DNA from: Camelus dromedarius
Lineage: Eukaryota
Assembly: GCF_036321535.1 (NCBI RefSeq)
Contig: NC_087437.1
Coordinates: 73,348,001 to 73,412,000, forward strand
Direction: 5' to 3'
DNA: 64,000 nucleotides
Shown here: positions 13,480-24,270 of the stretch, one piece after another
How positions within the stretch are numbered: position 1 is the stretch's first letter
Layout: each line of letters opens with the position of its first letter
Notes under the pieces: generated by a model
Database searches by the model: none
Told to the model about the DNA's origin: nothing
The model's input: the letters and a program-made list of their open reading frames with translations, nothing else
Made by a program: the position numbers and the translations under genes

Positions 13480-13875
13480 GGAATACTACTCAGCCATAAA
13501 AAAGAATAAAATAAGGCCATTTGTAGTAATATGGATAAATATTGAAGAAGACACAAATGAACTTATTTAAAAAACAGAGACAGACTCACAGCCACAGAAA
13601 ACAAATTTATGGTTACCAGGGAGGAAAGGGGGTGGGGAAGGATAAACTGGGAGTTCAGGATTTGTAGAAATTATATATAAAATAGATAAACAACAGGGTC
13701 CTACTGTATAACACAGGAAACTACATTCATACCTTGTAATAGCCTATAATGAAAAAGAATATGAAAAGGAATATATATATGTATAAATGAATCACTATGC
13801 TGTACACCAGAAATTAACATAACTTTGTAAATCGAATATACTTTAATAAAATAGAAATAAAATAAGAAAAAAAAA
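13276..13875 (+). mobile_element. 5'-truncated younger L1 (ORF2 end, 3' UTR, poly(A))
   Basis: MFIAALYIAKTRKQPKYPLTDDWIKKLW / MEYYSAIKKN motifs; 3' UTR similar to the copy at 62180-62500. TSD aaaaaggcacag (13264-13275) / aaaaagccacag (13911-13922). Confidence 0.92.
13422..13477. repeat. (CA)28 microsatellite within L1
   Basis: Direct reading. Confidence 0.98.
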
Positions 13876-15182
13876 GAGGGAGGTAAAAGCCAAGATTCCG
13901 CCCCCCCCAAAAAAAGCCACAGGGGATTAGAGGAAAACCTATAATCAATTAAAATACTCAAAATGCCTTTAATAACTGTAATAAGAAATGTGGAAAACAT
14001 ATACTAAAAAAGACTTTATCTAGTACATAAAAGAACCATAAAGTAGAAGCTTATCTGGTTTCTGGACAGAATTAACATTACAAAGTTGACAAGTCTCACT
14101 AAATTAATAAGTTCAGTGAGATTTTTAAGGAACCTGGGAAGCCAATTCTAAGGTTGATATGAAAAAAAGCCAAGAAAATTTTGGAAAGGACGAACAGAGA
14201 TGAGGAAATTTGCTTCACTAAATACCAAATCATACTATAAGACAGTAATTAAAATAGTGTTGTTTTGCTTTAAGGAGAGAAACATAGAACAATATAACAG
14301 AATTGAGAGTTCAGAAATACACCTAATATCCATGGGAGTTTATTTTAGGATAAAAGTATCTTCAAATCATGGAAAAGGACAGATATTCAATAGTTTTTGG
14401 ACAACTTGTTATCCTACTGGGGAAAAATTAGGTTATTACCTTATACCATAAGCAAAAATAAGTTTCAGATTAATTAAACTAAAAGAAATTCCATAAAACT
14501 ATGAGAGTTTTTATATGATTTTTTAAAACACTTCAGATCAGGGGCAGAGGGGGAATGGAGAGGAAGTCTTTTTAGATAATGTATAATTTCCAGAAACTAT
14601 AAGGAAAAGGACAGTGATTTTGACTACATAAAAACTTAAACTTTCTGTATAAGACACTATAAAGTTAACAAGTAAGAAGCAAATATAAGACAAAAGATTA
14701 CTGTCCATATCAAAGAGCTGCTAAAAAATTAACAAGCAAAGTTTAAAAAACTGATGAAAAATGATGCAAATAGGTAGTTTACAGAACTACAAAAAGGCAA
14801 TCAAGTATGAAACCTCTTCCAGGAATCTACAAAGCTTTTAAATGAACTATTTTTCCAGTTTTATCAAACTGACAGAAAAAAAAAGTTCTATTAAACAATA
14901 TTAAAGAGGGAAATGGATTTTAATATACTATTTATGGGAATATAAATTAATATAGCTAGTTTGGCCAGCAATATGACACCTATTTAAATGTAAAAATATT
15001 CACAGTAATTCTATTTCTTTGCATATATTTTATAAATACATGTGCACAAAAAGTACCCTCACTGCACAATTATTGTAATAGGGAAAAAAAGGAAACAACC
15101 TCGGAAGATCATTAGGTAATTTGTGGTATATCAACACAATGGAATACTGTCACAGCCATTCCAGAATGAGACAGAGAGACAG

Positions 15183-15364
15183 TAATAGTTCTAAAACCTG
15201 AATATGCATTAGAATTCACCTGGTGAACTAGGCAAAATGCCCACTGTCTCCAACCCCTGGGATTCTGATTCAGTAAACCTGAAACTGTCTTCAAGAATCT
15301 TCATTTTCAATAACCCAGGGAATTTTGATAAAGGTGGCAACATTACTCACTCTGAAAAATACTG
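15183..15364. mobile_element. MER5-like hAT MITE
   Basis: gcattagaattcacctgg...gattctgattcagta...cactctgaaaaatactg. Confidence 0.65.
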
Positions 15365-18281
15365 GTTTGTAACAGAGTGGAAAAAACAATTTTTAGAACA
15401 ATATGTACTCTGTGACCACATTTATGTTTCTAAAAAATTATCTGTAGATGTAAATGTGGATGATGTACACTTAAAAGTAAACTTGTGAAAAAAAGTCTGG
15501 GGGGATATTTAAGTTAGTAACAATGGTGATCTCTGGGGAAGGAAATAATATATTCAGGAACAGGGGGATGAATGAGAATCTTCAACAGTTAACTCTATAA
15601 TTCTGCAGTATTTGATTTTTCTTTGTACCAAGAATATACTTAATGCATTACCTATAATGTTAAGAAAATAAAACATAATAAAAAGGTAAAAATACATTTT
15701 AATGTCATGAGTTCATGTTGTTTCCTAAATGAAGACTCACTTTTGTAGGATTTATCAACTATGAATCTTTGCAATATGGTAATAGTTCCCACTCAAGGAA
15801 ATCGCCTCTTTGCAAAACCAGGCTTCATTCTCATAATTTAGATTTAGAGGGAAAATTCTCAGGTATGAATTTTGGCACTACAACCACAAAAATAATGAGT
15901 GAGTAGCAGGAACCAATGTAAGTAGTGAAGAACTGTTTGTTTCTGTGGTTTCCCAAGTGCAGAGCACTGATGGGTAGAAAAGTGGGCTCTCTTCTGTAAA
16001 GCCACGGTAGCATTTGGGAGCATGGCCTAGCTCACTAGGCCACAAGACCTGGTTATGAGGGCTGAAGACTAACGACTTTTAAGTAGGAATTAACCTCATG
16101 AGCTTAAAATTGACAAGTTATGTAGTGAAGTGGAACATTATGAAGGCATTTACCATTATAGCATGCTATCATTGCATGAACTAATTAGACAGTAATTACA
16201 CATGTATAGATCTCTTGGTAATCAGGAAACAGTTCTACGTATTTTGCATTTTGATATCACATCATTAATTAAAACACAATCATATAATTAACATATGACA
16301 TAATGCATGAATCATAATAAATTATATTACTGTTGGATAATGATTTCAATGTAAATTATTCCTAAAATCTTTATAGAATTAAGAATTATTTCATCTCCAA
16401 GTTTTGACTCTCCTAAGCAGTATGACAGCAACCAGCTCATTCTTAGCAATATGTTATAGACTCAGTTTTACAGCAAGAAGAGGGAAAAAAAAATCAATCA
16501 TGTTTTTCACCTGCTTAATCTTACAGATGAGGAGAAAATCACAATGTTACTAAATGGTCTATGACTCCCAAAGTCCAATGCTTATTATCCACTGCAGATG
16601 CTGCCCATCAATTTCCTTTCTAAAATTTCCATTACTTTTTCATTTCCACCTAGATTTATGCTTGGGATTATGCAATTTGCTCTAATCAACAACGGAGTAA
16701 TTTTATCACACGCATCAAAACTCCTACTTCCAAAACTGATCCATCCATGAAGACTTCTCTGACTCCAAGAATACTAAAACTTGCAGTTGGTACCACTGTC
16801 AAATCATTCAAGAAAAATCATCCCTTTGTGTTCATTTAGCAGTGCCTACATATTATACACATACATATATACACAATCATATTTTAACTAAATTCCAGGA
16901 CATATGATCTGAGCCCAAAAAATTTTTTCCCATTCATAAGCTTTTGTAAATATTTAAATTGAAAATATTAAATAACAACAAGTGACATAATAAATTGATT
17001 TTACAGAGAAGAATAAAATTACATGCAATTACGGTTGTCCTAAAAAGTTACTATAACAATGTTTTTAAAAAATTCCCAAACCTGAATCTAGAAATCCTCT
17101 GGTTAGTTACTAGCTTTGGAGAAGGAGGAAGACAGCTATCCTTCTGCAGCAGTTAACAACACCTCTAGCTAAATATTTTGATGACATTTCACACTACTTG
17201 TCAAGTTAATTTATTTGCCAAGAGATATGAAGCTATACTCTTTATGTGAAAATAAGAGTTCGGAAAAGATGGCACATCTTCACCCCTAAGACGTGAAACT
17301 TGTGTTAAGACGACAAAGGTGGTGCCCACTGTCAGTGAGTGCACATGCCAGGAATGCTCCTCCCTGCCCCACTCTTGAGCAGTAGATTGGTTATGTGGTC
17401 ATCCAAGGAACAGAAGCTGAGAGCATCTTAACAGATATATTCTCCCGCAGTTTTTCCACCAAATTAAATAAATTAATTGGTGAGCAAATGATTTGCCTTA
17501 TTTAAGCTGAAGATACAGCCTTGTTTTAGGAGAAAAATTCTATAGAATATTCCCACAGGTAATAAAACCCCAATATAGGGTTAGAGCCCCAGTAAGCTGA
17601 ATGGGTGATACAGGGAAAAAAAATAAAAACAAAGCAACTAAAGCTAAGAAAAAAAGTATTCAAACATTCTGATGGCTTAAACTTTCCCAAGCAGAACATA
17701 TTAATCAAGATATAGAATCCAGGACAGAAGCACTGAATCAATACTTTCACATAAATTACTGTAAACTGATTCCAAAAGAAATAGTAAATTATCATAAATG
17801 TAGAATAGGCTTAATAGCCATACCTAGAATTTTAAATTGGAATATAAATCTTTTGTTGCTAAATAAAGGAAGGCTAAAATTTAGACCTTGAGTATACTGA
17901 AAAGAAACAAAAATAAAATACATATGCCAAGGAGAAAAACCTCTCCATCATGCATCATACCCTACCACTCAATTTTTCCATCTTCTATTTATATAAAAAT
18001 GCATAGTTCATAATGAATCTGTATGTCAATAAAACTGTATTAACAGTAAGTCTTTAGACATAGGCTTTTAGTAAAAAATGTGTACCCCTAAGATAGTGTT
18101 GATTTGTCTTAGCTACATTGGACATAACTTCTTTTCTTACTAATTTATAGACAAAATTTGATCCCCTAAATGTTTCAGAGAATTGATTATGTGTTATTAT
18201 GTGATATTTAATACATAATGAACTAGATAATATTTTGAAATAAATCATATACATTGCTTAGTAGTTTTAATTTTACTTCAC

Positions 18282-18287
18282 TTTATT
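18282..18287 (-). promoter_or_regulatory. AATAAA directly after the gamma stop codon
   Basis: Minus strand reads ACT TAA AATAAA gtg. Confidence 0.55.
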
Positions 18288-18311
18288 TTAAGTATACTCA
18301 GGAACACTTAC
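18288..18311 (-). CDS. NECTIN3: Gamma-type read-through tail VSVPEYT*
   Basis: In-frame continuation past the donor: GTA AGT GTT CCT GAG TAT ACT TAA. Analogous to the short nectin-3 gamma tail that lacks the afadin motif. Confidence 0.7.
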   Translation of the reverse strand, partial: VSVPEYT

Positions 18312-18396
18312 CTGATATAGAAGATCTTTCTGAGGCAAAGGAGGGGATCGCTCTTCATACACAGGAGGTGGTTTATGTGTGGGTGGAAGGTCGATC
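18312..18396 (-). CDS. NECTIN3: NECTIN3 beta/gamma proline-rich cytoplasmic exon
   Basis: Acceptor ttaatgcag|GATCGACC, donor TCAG|gtaagt. 85 nt completing the phase-2 Val codon and encoding IDLPPTHKPPPVYEERSPPLPQKDLLYQ. Confidence 0.94.
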
Positions 18397-19479
18397 CTGC
18401 ATTAAAAAGTTAAAAAAAATTGCTGCAGTTAGCAAAAAAAAAAAACAAGGGGAGGGGTACAATCAAGGTTCTCCTAAGTTTTGAGGACACTTTCCTCATA
18501 CTAATATTTATATTAGTGTACTTATTTAATTCAGTTCTTCTATTTCCATTAGCCTATAATAGATGGGACAAAAAAGTAAACTAGTTTTAAAGGTTCCAAT
18601 GTTTAGGACCAATCTAATTAATTCATATTTAAAGAAGCAACTCAAATAGAATCATTTTTTTAAAAATTATTATTAAGAAAGTAATCTAGTATATGACCAA
18701 GTATTGCATATAAGTATTGCACATTTTTACATGTGACTATGCTCACCAACATTTTAAAGATAGTCAAACGTGTGTAATAGAAAGCACTTTTCTCCAAAGT
18801 GTCATAAAAGTGATTTAAAAGACTGTTGTTAAGATAATGATGAAAAATAGTTTATACTATATTTTGGAAATATTCTGTAACAAATTTTCAAAAGCCATGA
18901 TCACTTTTAGAATATTTATCATGTAAATTAACATTTTCAATCTACAAACCATTATAAATCCTGGCACCTGAAATAAAGAGACCATTACATCCTTAGGGAA
19001 TGCATTTATTTTTGCCAAAATTACCTAATCCACTAAAAAAAGTATCTTCATATATTTTAAACATTGTTGAGTTACAACAAAAATAGAATTAAACATATCT
19101 CATAGCTCTCTGCAATTTAGAAAATAATTTTTATAAACTCTTACTTTTGAAGGTCAGACAACTAATTTTCAGTAATTGAGATTATAAATCAAATAAAAAT
19201 TTTACCTTTATTAAAAGATAAAGAGAATGAAATCTCTAGAGGTCAAAATAATTACAATTTCTCAGTGGTCTAATAACTTTTGGACAGAAAATATTTTAAA
19301 TGAATAGAATTCAAATAATAAATGAAATGGTTACACAGACATAATTACTAGCCTACTAGTAAATAATGTTTTTGAAATTATAGAAAAACTTGAGATAATC
19401 TGGGAACTAAGATGATGTTAACCACAAAGTACTTACTCTTGAAATAGTAAAAAAAAATCTGGTCTTACAGATATTAGAA

Positions 19480-19980
19480 TGAAAGAGTACTTTACAGTCC
19501 TTTTATTTAAAGTACTTTCTTTAATGTAGCAAAAACCACAGCAAATTTATAGCTCCAAGGTCCCAAAGGTCATTAAGGTGAGAAAACCAAGGTTCATGGA
19601 GGTGATGTGACATTCACAGTCAGACCACTAATTTGATCTTAGAGCTGAGGCTAACACCCAGGTTTCCTTAATCCAAAAAAATTAGTGCTATAACTGGGCC
19701 AGATTAGAGAGGCAGAGACATACACAAAGCACTTAGGAAGACAGAGGAAATGCATTTGAGAGCCAGCCTTATAGCCTCATAAAAAACATTAATAACTACA
19801 CAAGAAATAATGCCATTTGTATAGAACAAAACTGTTCATAAATGACATCATCTTATTCTATTCTTAACACAACAATGTAAGGTAAGCAGGAAAAGTATTA
19901 TTCACATTTCACAGATGAAGCAACAAAAACCACTGATGGAATTTAGTGAACTGAGACATTGGTCTTTGGATTATACAGCA
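19480..19980 (-). mobile_element. Two degenerate MIR/MIR3-like fragments
   Basis: ggtgagaaaaccaaggttcatggaggtgatgtgac...cccaggtttcct; aacacaacaatgtaaggtaagcagg...catttcacagatgaagcaac. Confidence 0.5.
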
Positions 19981-20527
19981 AAGTGCAATTTCTATTTCCC
20001 AATTCCATCTCAATGATTAGGCCCAAAACATTGCTTTCTCTTGAAGAGGCATATTTTATAATTTACCGAAACCAAAATTGTTTATAAAAGCTTTAAAACT
20101 CAATGTATTTAATAACTCTCGGCAGTTGAAAGTTAAGTTATACCTGTACATAAGACAGGCATACACAGTCTGAAGAAGCAAGTAAACTTCTAAGATTCTT
20201 TATACCTGTCTTTCAACTACTTCATCGAAGACTTGCATTTTATTCAGAAGGCAGGACAACAAAAGTGTCATTATGTTACCATCTGGAAAGATGTAATATA
20301 TGGTAGGTTAAAAAAAGGTGTCTAATATATTTGTCTTTAGTAGCCCATTGACACTGTTTGTTTACCAAAATGTAGTTTGATACCTTCTGACAAAACCATG
20401 GTCATCTTACAAGACCTAACATTATCAACTGCTGTCCCTCAGACACTTTTCATACGAGTAACTATAAAGATACAGACTGATGAATACTGAATATTCATAG
20501 TTGAATCCAAGCAAAACAGTTACCTAC

Positions 20528-20666
20528 ACTTTGTCAAGGTAGGATGGTCTCTTTTTCCGAGGAGTCAGCAACACAGTCACAAAGATGGCAATGATGAAAA
20601 GGGCAAGGACAGCTCCAATTACAGCTCCAGCCACAGCTATAGAAGAGGTCTGTTTAAATGGAACAT
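20528..20666 (-). CDS. NECTIN3: NECTIN3 alternative TM exon (beta/gamma isoforms)
   Basis: Acceptor ctttacag|ATGTTCCA, same phase 1 as the alpha exon; donor AAAGT|gtaggt. 139 nt encoding DVPFKQTSSIAVAGAVIGAVLALFIIAIFVTVLLTPRKKRPSYLDKV (TM plus basic stop-transfer). Matches the nectin-3 beta sequence as I recall it. Confidence 0.95.
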
Positions 20667-21639
20667 CTGTAAAGTAACAAAAATTAGGTTTTTTAAACAA
20701 TTTTAAGAAGAGTTCTTGAATCTGTATCCTTTAGTTTCTAAAATGTGCAGACTTGACTAAAATATGTTAGCCAACCGCAAGCTTAGTGAACCCCAAATTT
20801 GATTCATTACTTTTAGTAGCATTACACTAACACCCTTATTCTTGGCAAAATGTCGCCTTAGTTCTCCAGCTTTGCTTTTTTAAAGTTTTGAAAAGAGCAT
20901 ACCCAGTTAGACATCAATTAGTGAATCTATGTTCTATAGTCAAAGAATATCTGGAGGAGAAAAGAAGATAAAGGATGAAAACGAAGTTCTTACTCTAAAA
21001 GGTGACAAAACAAAAAAAATTTCAGTATTCTTTAATGGAGTTAGCCAACAATATAGACATTTACCATTTTTATTCCATTAAAAGAGATTATATTAAATAA
21101 ACCAAAAACTTCAAGAAAGGGCAAAATAACAATACTAAAAAACAGAAAATATCCCAGATCTAATAAATGCAATCAAAAAATGACATGGAAAAATTTTAAA
21201 GTAGTTTTTAAAGCAGACATTATTAAAACAGTCTTTGTTGCAGATAATTTCCCTTAACTCGCACACATTTAATACAAAGTACACTTAAGACAGTGTTTCA
21301 TGTAAACAGAAATTCTTCCCTATTTCCTGGCTATAGACACACTGTAACATTTTTGAATACCAATTTCTCTTCCCCTGCCTGCCCCACAAATACTGTAAGA
21401 AAGGATTTTTAAAGCATATTTAGCAGTTAGCATTTCACACAATTCTATAAAAAGCTACCCTACTTTATGAACTCCCAAGTGAGGGAATTCACAAAAATTA
21501 TGTTCAAATATGAGTATTATGGATATGACAAAACTATTAATCCTTATGTGTAAGTTATTATTTTGATAATTTCAGCCATCTTAAATCCAGTAACTAAATT
21601 TTGTGGGGTGACCCATCAGTTACAAAGTACCCTCAATAT

Positions 21640-21770
21640 ACATGATTTCATTTTATCTTTCTAACCAATAAGAAAGACATTTAAGGTAACATTCTATAAA
21701 TGAAGATACTGCAGTTCAAAGGTTAAATGCTCTGCCCAAGGTCATTCAATCAATGAATAGGAAAGAACAC
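21640..21770 (-). mobile_element. MIR fragment
   Basis: cattctataaatgaagatactgcagttcaaaggttaaatgctctgcccaaggtca (MIR core). Confidence 0.6.
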
Positions 21771-24148
21771 AGGGTGAAATAAAGCTAGGTTGCGGCAGGA
21801 TTGAAGCCTCCAACGGTATGCCCCTACTGGGAGAGAATGATTTTTCTCAATGATCACAGTGATCCTTTTGGGTCCCCATCTGGAAATGTAGACCTCTTAG
21901 TTTTCAATTAATTGGCATTCACATATACTCTTAAATAATTACAATTACTGTTGGAATCCAGAGGTGGCCTATTTAAATAGAATGAAAGCAATATTGGTTT
22001 TGAAATATGTTTCACTTAATATCATAGTATTTCCTAAAAATACATATTTAGAAATATTTTCAAACTGTTTTGATTAAAATGTGAGTCACATAGTATTTTA
22101 GATTGCTAAAAAGAATGTTTTATTTTCTTTCCAATAATGAAAAATTCTTTAGAAAACTAATGATCCTGGGTTTGTTTATTAACGGGTCATTTTATTAGTC
22201 TCATTCTAGACTAAAAATCTTACACCAATGAGTGCATTTCAATTATCTTTCAAACACTTAATAGAATCTAAAAATATAGTTATTTAAAATAACATAACCC
22301 GCTTTATTATTCAGGATGTTATCCCTCATTTGCTAATACTTGTCTGGCTTGTCTTCCTACTCATTTCTCTAACCACAACTAATTCCATTTGAATATGTGC
22401 TACATGAGAAAAAGATTTAAAATCCAAGCCAGTCAAATATTACTCTACTCTTATAAATGTAGAAAAGAGATTAGGGATGACTTAGGGCTAATCTTGTCTT
22501 CTACACCTTGTCATACACCTTGTCAGTGGCAAAAAGAAAAAATCCCAATGTGTCAAGTGTGTTACCTATTCCATACTAGTTAGTCTAAAGGTTTTCACTT
22601 AATGGAATTTTTTCTTTTGCTAAGGAATAAAGTGTCCCTATCATTTTTGCCCAAACATGGAGAATTTAAATTTGAGTGTTATTTTGATGATAATGACAAA
22701 GTAAGTATTATATTTATAGTAATACTACTGAAATTTTTTCAAAAACTCAGGTTACTCTTTGAATATAATTAGCCATAATTAATATTCTTCAATGTACAGA
22801 TCATTATAAATTCATTAAACCTCACAGCTCCTCCAAGAAAGTCTTTCATTTAAACTTAGCAATAATATTCAATTGGTAGTGCTTTGTAAGTAATAAAACA
22901 ACATCAGACTTTTAATATCCTAAGCAATTCCCATCTCTGAATATATACTTTTTTAATATCCTGAGGTAATTCTCAAGTGTAAATAGATACTATTTTTTTA
23001 AACATTTAAATTATGGTCTACTTATCCAATTCTGTCCTGTTAGTTTTGTAATTTCTAGCTCTAGAATTCTATAGCTGAGAGTTCACTGTATATATAACCA
23101 TAATTTTTCCTTCTGTCTTAATTTGAGCATATTTATTTCACCTGGTTCATTTTTATCATTATCTATCCTCTTTTTACACACTTCTTCTTAGTATCAGAAC
23201 AGGCTAGTAAGTGCTGAAATGAGGAGGTAGAAAAAAGTATAAGCCCATTTACTAACTGGATATCCTACTCTACATAAGTTAAACTATGTTAAATACATAT
23301 GACATACATTTCATATTTTCTTTTCTGATCTTCTAATTGAGAAGATAAAAAAATATTTAAGAGTATTAAGATTTTAAAGGTATTAATTGGTGATAAACCC
23401 TAGTATAAAATGCAAAGAGCTGAAATTTCTTACATTCAAGTCAAAGAATTTTGATGAAAATTGAGAATTTAGCCCCAACATGGCTTCCCCACATCTCTGC
23501 CCATATAATCTACACACTCTATATTCCAACAAAACTATTACAAGGAGAAAAAAATTAAGTAAGCAGATGTATAAAAATTTGGCATTTTTAAACATAAAGC
23601 AAGTTTACAGAGTGACTGACAGGAAGCAACATTGTATCACCTAAGGAGGTGTTCTACTAAACCTAATTATATGCTTACAAGCAGCAGAAAACAAAAAGAC
23701 AAAAGCATTAAAATATTTAGCATCAAGGACTGGTGAACGTCTCCTAAAAGAGACGTTCCAGTTATCAGAGCAGCTTATTAACCAATATACATTGGAAATT
23801 CACCTCCTGAAACAGAAAAATAGCATCCCTCAACACAACAAAAGTACACTATCCATCATTAAAGATACCATGCCTGTGTCCTGAGGAGAATGATCAAAAA
23901 TCAGTTACAAATGATGCCAAAAAATTTTCATTACTTCTTGAAAAAATGTAAATATTATAGAAATTGAATTGAAATAAAGTTTTTGTTATTACTCTGATAC
24001 AAATGAATAAAACGTATGTAAAAGCTATTCAACATGTTCTCACCTAATTCACATCTAAAACTGAGGCATTATAATGTTTTTAAAAGTTAACTTTTCTACA
24101 CAATAAAATACATGTTTACAGTAATTTGCTAAAATCATTTAAAATGCA

Positions 24149-24270
24149 GGGGGAGGGTTATAGCTCAAGTGGTAGAGTACAAGCTTAGCATGCATAAGGT
24201 CCTGGGTTCAATCCCCAGTACCTCTTCCAAAAATAGGTAAACTTAGTTACCTCCCTCCAAAATAAAATAA
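24149..24270 (+). mobile_element. tRNA-derived SINE, vic-1-like
   Basis: gggggagggttatagctcaagtggtagagtacaagcttagcatgcataaggtcctgggttcaatccccagtacctc...taaacttagttacctccc. Confidence 0.85.

Larger units (their letters stand above)
13080..15660 (+). mobile_element. Highly diverged L1M ORF2/3' remnant hosting a younger L1 and a MER5
   Basis: tatatctagaaaattcaag, aaatctattagaatgaataacaagttca; ORF 14200..14451 (KSYYKTVIKIV...IEQYNRIESSEI) resembles L1 ORF2. Confidence 0.7.

Noticed and set aside
18254..18484. 76-aa plus-strand ORF overlapping the proline-rich exon
   Set aside because: Antisense shadow of the NECTIN3 exon; no recognisable protein.
22502..22525. Short direct repeats such as tacaccttgtca x2 (also near 18700, 33480 and 35115)
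   Set aside because: Two-copy slippage duplications with no repeat-spacer periodicity; not CRISPR-like or array-like.
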